64,000 nt of DNA, taken from NCBI GenBank assembly GCA_963718895.1, contig CAVRAG010000008.1, forward strand, positions 704,001 through 768,000, given 5' to 3'. Shown here in pieces: positions 49,787-58,908 of this stretch; positions within the stretch are counted from its first letter, which is position 1, and every line of letters begins with the position of its first letter. Origin of the DNA: an uncultured Nitrososphaerota archaeon. Its GTDB lineage: Archaea; Thermoproteota; Nitrososphaeria; Nitrososphaerales; Gagatemarchaeaceae. The notes beneath the pieces were generated by a model, which saw only the letters and a program-made list of their open reading frames with translations, made no database searches and had not been told where the DNA came from. Position numbers and translations under genes: made by a program.

Positions 49787-50329
49787 GTGATTCCCAGACA
49801 CTTTTTCCTAACGAACGGCGTCGGAAGGCACAAGGAACGCCTGCAGTCATTCGAGCTGGCTTTGAGGGACGCAGGTATACAGCACTGCAATCTCGTCGGC
49901 GTTTCCAGCATCATCCCTGCTGGATGCAGGCTCATTCCCAGGGAAAAGGGTCGGAACATGCTCACGCCAGGAGAAATCACTTTCGTCGTCCTTGCGCGGA
50001 ACGAGACCAACGAGGCGCACAGGCTCATCGTCTCCTCGGTCGGTCTCGCCATTCCCTCTAAGAAAGCCCAGTACGGATACATCTCCGAGCACCACACCTT
50101 CGGGCAGACCGAGGAAGCGGCAGGGGACTACGTCGAGGACCTTGCGGCCACCATGCTGGCGACGACTATGGGCATAGAGTTCAATCCGGAGACGGCCTGG
50201 CGCGAAAGGGAGCAGCTGTTCAAGTCGAGCGGAATGATAATCAAGACCACCCACATAACGCAATCCGCGGCCGGCGACAAGAATGGGCTTTGGACCTCGA
50301 CCGTCGCTGCCGCTGTCTTCGTTCCGTAA
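49787..50329 (+). CDS. pdaD: pyruvoyl-dependent arginine decarboxylase
   Basis: [21 protein letters not shown] self-cleavage site, [14 protein letters not shown]-like motif. Confidence 0.9.
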   Translation: MIPRHFFLTNGVGRHKERLQSFELALRDAGIQHCNLVGVSSIIPAGCRLIPREKGRNMLTPGEITFVVLARNETNEAHRLIVSSVGLAIPSKKAQYGYISEHHTFGQTEEAAGDYVEDLAATMLATTMGIEFNPETAWREREQLFKSSGMIIKTTHITQSAAGDKNGLWTSTVAAAVFVP

Positions 50330-50391
50330 TCTGGGCGCCTAGTCGGGCATCGTTGAAAGCCCTAAGACAAAGTTAGTGCCACGCCCACGGC

Positions 50392-51864
50392 GTGAGGAGA
50401 GAGATTGCGGCGCTGGGGCTGGTCGCCATCCTTGTCCTTTCGTTCACGCTCTACTTCGTCGTAGTCCCACCAGCTGGAAGCGAGCGGACGTCCTCGTCCC
50501 AGGCGAGCCTTAGCACGACGGCATCAGCGAGCCTGAGCACCACCGGTTCGACCAGTTCGGTCCAGGATACGACATCCAGCTCCAGCCTTGTGTCCACTTC
50601 GAGTCGGACCTCGACATCCGCAGCTGGCGCGAATTGGACGACGTACCAAGGGAACAACGCCCGCACAGGGTACTACGCGGTCGCCAACTTCACTTCGGTC
50701 AAGCAGGGCTGGGAGTCTCCGGTCCTCGACGGGGCGGTCTACGCGCAGCCTTTGGTCTTCGGCAGTGATGTCTTCGTGGCTACCGAGAACGACTCCGTGT
50801 ATTCCCTTGACGCCGCGAGCGGGACCGTCCTGTGGCGGACCAATCTCGGGGTGCCCGTTCAGGGTGGCGAGCTGCAGTGTGGGGACATCAATCCGAGCGG
50901 GATTACGGGAACCCCCGTGATAGACGCCTCGAAGGGGGTAATCTACGTCGTTGCCTTTTCATCGTTGCGCCACACACTCTTCGCGATCAACACGACCTCA
51001 GGGTCGGTCATCTTCCATCTGGCTGCCGACCCTCCGGGTTTCGTGGTGACCGCCCAGCAGCAGAGGTCCGCGCTCTCCCTCTCGGACGGGATGGTCTACA
51101 TCCCCTACGGGGGTCTGGCGGGGGACTGCGGCCAGTACCATGGCTGGGTGGTCGCCCTTCCCGCGAACGACAGCGGAGGGATGGACGTCTATCAGGTCCA
51201 GACCTCGAGGGAGGGAGGAATATGGGCCCCGTCGGGGGCGGCGATTGACTCTCTGGGCAACGTGTACGTCACGACAGGCAACGGAGCGTCCCAGAGCGTC
51301 TTCGACTACGGGAACGCCGTCCTGAGGCTCGATCCTCAGCTCGCCTTGGACTCGTACTTCGCCCCCACAGACTGGTTGCAGCTTAACAACGATGACGGAG
51401 ACCTCGGGTCTGTCGGTCCGGAGATCGTAGGCGCTAACCTCCTCTTCCAGGTGGGGAAGGAGGGGGTGGGCTATCTCCTGAGCATGGGGAGCCTCGGAGG
51501 CATCGGGGGCCAGCTCTACTCGGCGAGTGTCTGCTCGGGGGGCTACGGGGGAACCGCCTTCTCGCAGCCCCTGCTCTTCGTCCCATGCAGGGACGGACTT
51601 GTGGAGCTCGACGTCGGGAGCACGTCTTTCAGCGTGGTGTGGCGCTCTCCTAGCTTCAACGCTGGCCCTCCGGTGGTAACCGGGGGAATTGTCTGGTCGG
51701 TGGACATCTCGACGGGGGTTCTGAGCGGGTTCAGCGTGTCTACCGGTCATGAGGCATTCAGCTTCTCTCTCGGGAGCGTGGTCACCTTTTGTCCCCTCTC
51801 CGCGGGTGATGGGCGCATCTTCATTGCGGCGAGCGGCCGAGTCGCCGCGTTCTCCCTCGGGTGA
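50392..51864 (+). CDS. membrane-anchored PQQ-like beta-propeller protein
   Basis: N-terminal TM, Ser/Thr stalk, W.TYQGN.ARTG, VYAQPL, GITGTPVID, TGNG, DGDLGS. Confidence 0.85.
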   Translation: MRREIAALGLVAILVLSFTLYFVVVPPAGSERTSSSQASLSTTASASLSTTGSTSSVQDTTSSSSLVSTSSRTSTSAAGANWTTYQGNNARTGYYAVANFTSVKQGWESPVLDGAVYAQPLVFGSDVFVATENDSVYSLDAASGTVLWRTNLGVPVQGGELQCGDINPSGITGTPVIDASKGVIYVVAFSSLRHTLFAINTTSGSVIFHLAADPPGFVVTAQQQRSALSLSDGMVYIPYGGLAGDCGQYHGWVVALPANDSGGMDVYQVQTSREGGIWAPSGAAIDSLGNVYVTTGNGASQSVFDYGNAVLRLDPQLALDSYFAPTDWLQLNNDDGDLGSVGPEIVGANLLFQVGKEGVGYLLSMGSLGGIGGQLYSASVCSGGYGGTAFSQPLLFVPCRDGLVELDVGSTSFSVVWRSPSFNAGPPVVTGGIVWSVDISTGVLSGFSVSTGHEAFSFSLGSVVTFCPLSAGDGRIFIAASGRVAAFSLG

Positions 51865-51904
51865 CTTGGTTACTCGCCCGCGGAGATTCCGACGTTGATC
51901 GGGC

Positions 51905-52297
51905 TCACTCTATGAATCTGTTCAGAAATTTGTCATCCGAGACCCTGTACCTGTACTTGCCCACTGTGACCTCTTTCCCCTTCCTGACGGCATCGACAAA
52001 CTCCGGCGCCGAGTCCAACCACTCCACGATGTTGCCCTGCCTATCTTTCAGGAACGCCCACTCGCCGTCCTTCTTCTTGAAACCGGTCCATTCCAGCAGG
52101 TTCAGTGTCTTCTCCAGCACCTTGTCGGAGACGACGGGCGAGGGAGCAGCAGTCGGGACCGACACGGAGCCGCTGCTTCGGAGGGAGCGCTTCTCCTCAA
52201 CCAGCGCGCGTCTCCTCTTCTGAAGCTCCTCGATGGAGGTGTCCACCGACTTCAGCTCGGCATCAATCTGCTTCTCCCTCTCGCCGGCACTGGCCAT
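51905..52297 (-). CDS. hypothetical protein with N-terminal coiled coil
   Basis: 130-aa ORF, minus-strand TAAATA box upstream. Confidence 0.7.
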   Translation of the reverse strand: MASAGEREKQIDAELKSVDTSIEELQKRRRALVEEKRSLRSSGSVSVPTAAPSPVVSDKVLEKTLNLLEWTGFKKKDGEWAFLKDRQGNIVEWLDSAPEFVDAVRKGKEVTVGKYRYRVSDDKFLNRFIE

Positions 52298-52475
52298 GTC
52301 TCCCTTTGTCCTAGGGCGGATATTTAGGCTTCCTGCCGTGTAGTGGTCTGTCCGCCGCCAATCAGGTTAGGAAGCCTCGCCTGTCCCGGGGAACGAGAGC
52401 TGGGATTACTATCGGGAAGTGAATCTCATTAGCGGTCAGGAATGGAAAAAAGGAGAGGGCCGAGTACAGTCTGTC

Positions 52476-53108
52476 CTAGACGCTGCCGTCAAGGATGATT
52501 ATGTACTCGGTGGATCCCGATTTCAGGTCCAGCGACAGGGTCGCGGTCGAGCCTACGAAGCTCCCACGGGCCGCTCCCTGCAGGATGAACGCGCCGCTAG
52601 CGTTCGTTGTCCCTTGTCCGGATATGGAAGAGGCCGATGGGCTCAGCACGCCGGAGCCCGATGAGACAGTGTATGTTGTGGTACCGACGACGACACTCCC
52701 AGTTATTGAGAGGGTGTATCCTTCGGTGAGGTTGCCGGAGACGGTGAAGACCAGGGATCCGGATGCTGTCCCGTTCGTGGTCTTGCTTCCGACCACGGCG
52801 TATTGGCCTGAGGTGCTCGTGAAGGTGATGGCTTGTCCGACGGCGACGTTGGCTCTGCCCTGGGTGTGGCCGAACCCCTGACCGCCACTTCCACGGCCGT
52901 CCCCCGCGTTAGGAGGTAAGCCCATTCCGAAGCCCATACCATTGGGCCATGGCGGAAAGGTCGAGCCGGTCGGTGCGCCTGTGGTCGAGGACGAGGTCGT
53001 CGATGTCTGCGCGTTTGCTGTCGACAATGCCGGGTAAGCCAGCAGCATCGCTATGATGCCTATGGTCGCTGTCATGACTGTCGCTGTCTTCGCGAACTTG
53101 GTTGTCAT
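52476..53108 (-). CDS. secreted hypothetical protein (Gly-rich linker + Ser/Thr-rich beta domain)
   Basis: Signal peptide ending ANAQ; upstream TAAATA. Confidence 0.75.
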   Translation of the reverse strand: MTTKFAKTATVMTATIGIIAMLLAYPALSTANAQTSTTSSSTTGAPTGSTFPPWPNGMGFGMGLPPNAGDGRGSGGQGFGHTQGRANVAVGQAITFTSTSGQYAVVGSKTTNGTASGSLVFTVSGNLTEGYTLSITGSVVVGTTTYTVSSGSGVLSPSASSISGQGTTNASGAFILQGAARGSFVGSTATLSLDLKSGSTEYIIILDGSV

Positions 53109-53327
53109 TTTCGGAGGTCGAACCCCGCTGAGGATATTTACGGAGATTCCGGAATCGTTCCATGATTGCTAGAGAATCCCTCCAAGATGACCAAGCCTCA
53201 AATCAGGAACACATCCACCGTGAGGCAGATTCGCCGTCCATCTCTGGTCCGTCAGCTGGGCCATACCGGGCCGACCACGGAGGAGTTGTCCCGGAGGCAT
53301 CTGAGAGGGAAAAGAAACAGCCGGGGA

Positions 53328-53534
53328 TCAGGGGATCCCCGTGGCGGAACGGATCGGGACGGGACCGCCGGGAGGCAGACTCGAGTTCTCCATCGGCGGC
53401 TGAGTGCCTTGTTCGAGATCCTTCTTCTCTTCCTCGCCGCCTGAGTGGACTTGCCGATGTTTCACGAGCGCGTCCGCGTCCCTGAAGGTGGCTCCGCACC
53501 TGTCGCACTTGTAGGTGTTTTCTTGCTCTTCCAT
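53328..53534 (-). CDS. single C2H2 zinc-finger protein
   Basis: YKCDRCGATFRDADALVKHRQVH. Confidence 0.75.
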   Translation of the reverse strand: MEEQENTYKCDRCGATFRDADALVKHRQVHSGGEEEKKDLEQGTQPPMENSSLPPGGPVPIRSATGIP

Positions 53535-53725
53535 TTGCCTTCGGGACAGCAGTCAATGGCGGGAATAGCTGGCTTTGGCAACAATCTTATGGAAAGCGCC
53601 GACAGAGTCGCGTGTTGCGCTGCGGAGTCAAGGATCCCTTGGGCCCAAGGACCAATCAGAACACGAACTTCAGGAAAGAAGGGATCTGGTTCCCGCGTCG
53701 GTCGTCCTCCAGAAGGGTTGTCCCG

Positions 53726-54046
53726 TCAGGGGATGATCGGCACGTAGGTCTCCACGTCACTTGGAGCCCCGGTCGTCCTGTACTTGTAGTACTCGTCGGC
53801 TGGAGGCGCCATGTCCCTCTTGAATTCGGTCTCGGCCTGAGTCTCTGATACGTTGAACCGGAGCGTGTGGCCGTCGAACCCCCTCACCAGGTACTTGGGA
53901 ATGAAGAACTTCGTCTTTGAGATGGTGCCCTTCTGGGTCAGGACGTAGTTAGTCCCGACCTCCTTCACCTCACCTAGGCTGAAGTCGTTCAGGCCCTTGG
54001 CTTCCTTCTTCACCACGCTGGTCCATGCGATTGGAGTTGTTTGCAT
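53726..54046 (-). CDS. PRC-barrel/DUF2171-like small protein
   Basis: KKEAKG....LGEVKEV, G.....FFIPK..V.GFDG. Confidence 0.7.
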   Translation of the reverse strand: MQTTPIAWTSVVKKEAKGLNDFSLGEVKEVGTNYVLTQKGTISKTKFFIPKYLVRGFDGHTLRFNVSETQAETEFKRDMAPPADEYYKYRTTGAPSDVETYVPIIP

Positions 54047-54229
54047 GCTTCAACAACCGCTGGACTGACTCAGCAGTTATCCAATTCTCTTACGACGCTC
54101 TAGGACGGAAGTTTTCTCTGTAATTCGCAGTCCGGCCTGAAGACGAAGCGGTCTCCTGCCCTTCTGCGCTTGTGTTTCGAGCTGAAGGACGGTCTCCATC
54201 AGCAGGTTTCAGATTGGGAAGGCGACATT

Positions 54230-54364
54230 CTAGGGTTCGTTCTTCTTCTCCGCTTTCCGCTTGTTGACAGTCGCGTAGCCAATCCGTTCTGCTTCCTGGG
54301 CCGACTTGCCTCGCTCCTCCTCAGAGACCATTATGTGCTTGGCCTCTCTGTCTTCCTTAGGCAT
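54230..54364 (-). CDS. 44-aa basic/acidic stress-type peptide (A.RI..ATVNK family)
   Basis: Manual translation MPKEDREAKHIMVSEEERGKSAQEAERIGYATVNKRKAEKKNEP*. Confidence 0.65.
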   Translation of the reverse strand: MPKEDREAKHIMVSEEERGKSAQEAERIGYATVNKRKAEKKNEP

Positions 54365-54403
54365 GAACCGGTGATTATTTCCCTTGGGCAAGATCAACAC
54401 CTC

Positions 54404-54574
54404 CTAGGTGTACACGACTCCGAAGACTAGGGTCAGCAGAAACAGCACGACGAACACCACAAGCAGTACCTTCGCAATCTCCATGCTGAATCCGGCAACG
54501 CCCCTGGCGCCAAACAAATAGGCGACGAACGCTATGACCAGGAACAGGACCGCGACTCCGAGCAAATCGACCAT
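54404..54574 (-). CDS. DUF1328/UPF0391 small membrane protein
   Basis: Manual translation MVDLLGVAVLFLVIAFVAYLFGARGVAGFSMEIAKVLLVVFVVLFLLTLVFGVVYT*. Confidence 0.85.
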   Translation of the reverse strand: MVDLLGVAVLFLVIAFVAYLFGARGVAGFSMEIAKVLLVVFVVLFLLTLVFGVVYT

Positions 54575-54809
54575 ATCGGTTCATGAGGTCTTGCTCAGGT
54601 CCGCTTATATCGGGGAGCTAGGTAAGTTCCTAAAGAGTCTTCTGTCTTCCAGGACGCCGCCGTTCTCAAGGCAGAAGTGAGCCAATCAGGACCTGAGCTG
54701 GACAACCGTGCTGCGGCGCTTCCCTGTCCGCGAGAGGCGCAATACCCTGGGACGAGATGATAGAAAACTTCGACGATAGAAAGCTAATCGAGCGGAGATT
54801 TGCACGATC

Positions 54810-54977
54810 GTGAGCAGACAAGAAGCGGGGCGACGCAAGAGAGTGGAAGGTCAAGTTCGGGAAGATGTCGGCAAGCTCGTGGACGGCAAGTCCGAGCAGA
54901 CTCGCGGCAAGGGTGAGAAGCTCGAAGGAGAGATTCAGGAGGGCCTTGGGAAGGCAAAGCGGAACGCATCCAGATAA
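54810..54977 (+). CDS. CsbD-family general stress protein
   Basis: Manual translation MSRQEAGRRKRVEGQVREDVGKLVDGKSEQTRGKGEKLEGEIQEGLGKAKRNASR*. Confidence 0.7.
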   Translation: MSRQEAGRRKRVEGQVREDVGKLVDGKSEQTRGKGEKLEGEIQEGLGKAKRNASR

Positions 54978-55040
54978 TCCGACAGAGAGCCCATATCAAC
55001 CTAGGAAGAGAAATAGGCTGGTAGCCCGCAGGGGTTCGCC

Positions 55041-56126
55041 TTGCCAAAGCACCTCGACGAAGTGGATACGCCGGCCCTAATCCTCGACCTCGATAGGATG
55101 GAACAGAACATCAAGAGGATGGCCGCGTTCGCGAAGGAGTGTGGGGTCTCGCTCCGGCCCCACGTAAAGACCCACAAGTCCCCTGAGATAGCGAAGATGC
55201 AGCTCGCGGCGGGCTCGAGTGGTGTCAGCCTGCAGAAGGTGAGCGAAGTCGAAGTCTTTGCCGGAGCGGGGATAAGGGACATCTTTCTCACCAACGAGGT
55301 GATTGTGCCTCAGAAGCTCGAACGGCTCGCTCGGGTAGCGGAGACCGCCCACATTGGACTCGCCGCAGATGACGTCGATGTGGTCAAGACGATAGGGAGG
55401 ATCTTCAAGGAAGCGGGAGCTCGGTTGGACCTCTATGTCGATGTTGACACCGGCATGGGCCGGTGCGGAGTCCAGCCCAAGGACGCGCCCAAGATTGCGA
55501 CCGAGATAGCGAGACAGGAGGCTCTGGTCTTCAAGGGGATAATGGGATACGAAGGGAACGTTAACGGGGCCAAGACAAAGGAAGAGCAGGTCAGGCTCTC
55601 GAACCTAGCGATGGACAAGATCGTCTCCTCAAAGAAGGGCGTGGAGCGAGCCGGACTCAGCGTGGACGTGGTCAGCGTCGGGTCCTCCGTGAGCAGCTGG
55701 ATAAACGCGAAGCACCCTGCGACCACCGAGATTCAACCCGGAATGTATGCTCTAAACGACCACGTGCTGGTCAGCAGGGGAGTTGCGACGATGCAGCAGT
55801 GCGCCCTGACGGTGCTCGCGACTGTCATGAGCAAGCCGGCGAAAGATAGAGCGGTCGTGGACGCGGGCTCCAAGGCCTTCAACTTCGACACGGGGCTCTA
55901 TCCGATACCGTTGGACAGGAAGGGAGTGGTGATGGAGCACTTCTCAGAGGAGCACGGCTGGCTGCATCTCACCGGGGAGGGGACGAGCGTGAAGATCGGT
56001 GACAGAATCAGGTTCGTGCCCGCCCACTGCTGCACCGCGGTCAACCAGCACGAGCAGTTCATCGGGATTAGGGGAGACAAGGTCGAGAGAACGATCCCGG
56101 TCCTCGCCCGCGGGAAGATGCTGTGA
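55041..56126 (+). CDS. DSD1 / D-threonine aldolase family PLP enzyme (fold III)
   Basis: DTPAL, LRPHVKTHK, DTGMGRCG, GYEG, DAGSK, SEEHG, P.HCC (metal His/Cys). Confidence 0.9.
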   Translation: MPKHLDEVDTPALILDLDRMEQNIKRMAAFAKECGVSLRPHVKTHKSPEIAKMQLAAGSSGVSLQKVSEVEVFAGAGIRDIFLTNEVIVPQKLERLARVAETAHIGLAADDVDVVKTIGRIFKEAGARLDLYVDVDTGMGRCGVQPKDAPKIATEIARQEALVFKGIMGYEGNVNGAKTKEEQVRLSNLAMDKIVSSKKGVERAGLSVDVVSVGSSVSSWINAKHPATTEIQPGMYALNDHVLVSRGVATMQQCALTVLATVMSKPAKDRAVVDAGSKAFNFDTGLYPIPLDRKGVVMEHFSEEHGWLHLTGEGTSVKIGDRIRFVPAHCCTAVNQHEQFIGIRGDKVERTIPVLARGKML

Positions 56127-56145
56127 GCCGAGTTCGGGATTTCCG

Positions 56146-57741
56146 TCACTCTGGCGGGATTTCCCTGAACCTGAGCATCAGGTCGACACCCTTGCTCTTC
56201 TGGTAGTAGTAGGATACAGCGTATATCGCCAGCCCTCCGACGAAGACGCTGGCCAATCCCGCCACGTAGTAGGGGTTGACAGCCGCCCCCGTGTAGGCAG
56301 GACTTGCTGCTGCTATCGCAACGAACACCCCCACGAGGAATGTGACCAGCCCCAGTATTGCGATGATTGGGAAACCGCCTATCTTCTTCTGGACGACAGC
56401 GGGGGTGCTCTGGAAGAGCGCCTTCTTCCTAAAGGGGAATATCAGCCCGCTCAGGCCAACGAAGGCTATCGAGAGGTAAAGCCCGGAGGTAGTGTAGGCG
56501 AGGAACGTGAGGACGTTCGCCGAGAAGATAGAGATGAGTATGTAGGCAAGCCCTATCACCGCTATCAGCGCCAGCGCGAAGTTCGGCGAGCCGCCCCTCC
56601 GACTCAGCTGCGAGAGCTTGGAGGGCATGACGCCGTCGAAGCTCCATGCAAAGACTATGCGTACCGTCGCCAGCACGATCGTCTCAAGAGAGCCGAGAAC
56701 GGAGGCGATTATTGCCAACGGCACGAGCACAGCGACTATGACGCTCGGGTTGGCGAAAATCACAAGGTAGGAGCTCACCGGGGGCGAGGGCAGAGTGTAT
56801 GCAGCGTTGCCACTGGAGGCCAAGAGCGCTGCGGAGTTGATGAACTGCCCTCCCATTATGGCGAAAGGAGCCTCAAAGACCAGGAAGACTATGACGGCGA
56901 AGACGAGGACCGAGCCGATCACGCCTATCAGCTGAGACCTCTGGCTCTGCTTCACCTCCCCCCCGATGTACGTCGAGAAGTTGTAGCCGAGATAGTTGAG
57001 GAAGCTGTAGAAGGTCCCGAGGGTTATCCCCGCCAAGGTAAACGTCGTCACGAATCCCGCCTTGTTGGCGGCGTCGATTATCCCCTGATAGCTCGACCCG
57101 GACATAGAGTTGAAGTTGCTCTGGAAGGTGCTCGGAGACGAAGTGGCGAGTGCGAGCAGGAAGACCGTGAGCCCCAGCGCGACCACTATGAACGTCACCC
57201 AGGTGTACCTGAAGGTGTTCTTGATCCCCACCGCAGCGGCTAGGACTACTATCCCTAGCACGAGCAGGCTGCCTAGAAGTATTGAGTTCTGACTAGTGAC
57301 GGCCGTAGCCATAGACATGTAGCTCGCGTTTCCCGTCGCTATCGCGAGGTTGTAGAACATTGTACCGAGACCGTACGTCATGAGCCACCCGGAGACCGGG
57401 CCGATGAAAGAGAGGAAGAATACCACGACCCCGAACGACTCCATGAATCCGACGGCCGGATGTATGATCCTGCTCACCCAGACATAGTCTCCCCCGGTCC
57501 TAGGGAAGGCTGTTGTCATGTAGTAGTACAGGACGGCTATCAGGATGTTGGGCACTAGCGCGATCAGGACGGTGATCGGGGTGTTGATCCCCTGGTAGGT
57601 TGCGCCCGCGAAGAAGATGTAGAGCAGGGGCCACGGCAGACCCATGTTGAGAAGGTTGAACATGAGGACATCCTTGGCGGAAAGATAGCGGACGAGCCCA
57701 GTAGCTTCCCTCACGAAGATGTTAGGCTTGGTGGCAGCCAA
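56146..57741 (-). CDS. APC-family amino acid permease
   Basis: FVREATGL, PRTGGDYVW, GEVK, FAWSFDG, EIPPE. Confidence 0.9.
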   Translation of the reverse strand: MAATKPNIFVREATGLVRYLSAKDVLMFNLLNMGLPWPLLYIFFAGATYQGINTPITVLIALVPNILIAVLYYYMTTAFPRTGGDYVWVSRIIHPAVGFMESFGVVVFFLSFIGPVSGWLMTYGLGTMFYNLAIATGNASYMSMATAVTSQNSILLGSLLVLGIVVLAAAVGIKNTFRYTWVTFIVVALGLTVFLLALATSSPSTFQSNFNSMSGSSYQGIIDAANKAGFVTTFTLAGITLGTFYSFLNYLGYNFSTYIGGEVKQSQRSQLIGVIGSVLVFAVIVFLVFEAPFAIMGGQFINSAALLASSGNAAYTLPSPPVSSYLVIFANPSVIVAVLVPLAIIASVLGSLETIVLATVRIVFAWSFDGVMPSKLSQLSRRGGSPNFALALIAVIGLAYILISIFSANVLTFLAYTTSGLYLSIAFVGLSGLIFPFRKKALFQSTPAVVQKKIGGFPIIAILGLVTFLVGVFVAIAAASPAYTGAAVNPYYVAGLASVFVGGLAIYAVSYYYQKSKGVDLMLRFREIPPE

Positions 57742-57776
57742 GTGACACTGTTTTGGGCATATCCGTTATTTATATC

Positions 57777-58853
57777 TTATTTCTTGAGGTTTTTTTCTTG
57801 TTTCCCCGATTTGGGGACGTTTCCGCTCAGCTGGGTGATGTAGAATAGGTAGGGCTGCGTCTGCGTCGGATAGGAATCGGCCGCCACGAAATTGATCCTG
57901 CAGACGACCATGCCATCGATGGGTGAGGATATTCTCTCCCTGACCTCCCCCTTGAAGTCCCATATCTCTCCCAGTATCTGTCCCTTGCTGACCTTCTCTC
58001 CGTAGTTCACTCTCGGGATGAACAGGCCGGCAGAGCGGTTGGCAACCAGGACCGGGTTCTCCAGGATGCTCACGTCTTCCTGGTACTCCGGCTTCCCGGC
58101 TAGCATCCCCAGATGCTTCATCACGTTGATCAGCCCTTCGTAGTGAATCGAGACCGTGTCATCCTCGAGCTTCCCTTCCTTCCCAGCCTCGACCATCGTG
58201 GCAGGAATCCCCCTGCTCGCGGCCTCCCAGTAGAGAGTGCCATCGGCTGTGACGGCGTAGGTCGTCCCTACGGGGGGGACGCTGGCGCTCTTGGAGGCCG
58301 GCAGAGCGTTCAGGTGATAGCGGACAGGGAAGCATGAGGCCAGCGCAGACGACCGGTCATCAATCTCCTTCCGGCCTGTTATCGGGACGTAGTTGAACGG
58401 GACGAGAGCTTCGTTGTAGTCGGCCCCGTGAAGGTGCACCACCGCGTCCCCCTTCAGCGCAATCTCGTGGAGGATCTTGTGAGCGATCTGGAACGTCACC
58501 GTCGCCCCGGGCGAGCCTGGATAGGCCCCGTAGGGGTTGACCTGGTCGATGGGGTTCACGAAGAGGTACCTCGCGTCGAAGGCGACGGGGTTGGCGAGCG
58601 GCACGATTATCACGGTTCCGGACAGCTCCGAGGCCTTAAGCCCGTGCGCGAGCTTCACGGCCGCGACGATGCCGGAGTATTCGCACCCGTGCTCCCCCGC
58701 GATCACGACAAGCGTGGGGCCCGCTTTCTTGCCCTGAATTATCGAGAGCGGCAGCTCGATGGTGCTCGCCGCCCTCTCGGCAACCTTGTACGACCCGTGG
58801 ACGCTCTTCCCTGGAACGCTGGTAACTTCTCCGATGCTGATCGAGGAGACCAT
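57777..58853 (-). CDS. succinylglutamate desuccinylase/aspartoacylase (M14-like) family protein
   Basis: AG.HGCE.SG, LHG, VEAG, C-terminal biotinyl-like domain. Confidence 0.85.
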   Translation of the reverse strand: MVSSISIGEVTSVPGKSVHGSYKVAERAASTIELPLSIIQGKKAGPTLVVIAGEHGCEYSGIVAAVKLAHGLKASELSGTVIIVPLANPVAFDARYLFVNPIDQVNPYGAYPGSPGATVTFQIAHKILHEIALKGDAVVHLHGADYNEALVPFNYVPITGRKEIDDRSSALASCFPVRYHLNALPASKSASVPPVGTTYAVTADGTLYWEAASRGIPATMVEAGKEGKLEDDTVSIHYEGLINVMKHLGMLAGKPEYQEDVSILENPVLVANRSAGLFIPRVNYGEKVSKGQILGEIWDFKGEVRERISSPIDGMVVCRINFVAADSYPTQTQPYLFYITQLSGNVPKSGKQEKNLKK

Positions 58854-58908
58854 TGATTGACGCCCCGGCATAGAATCCTGTCGCTTTAAACGGGAGGTAG
58901 GCACGAGC

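Noticed and set aside
54089-54228. Possible further small minus-strand ORF after the 44-aa peptide
   Set aside because: ATG at 54228 stops after 9 codons; the alternative frame has no recognisable features
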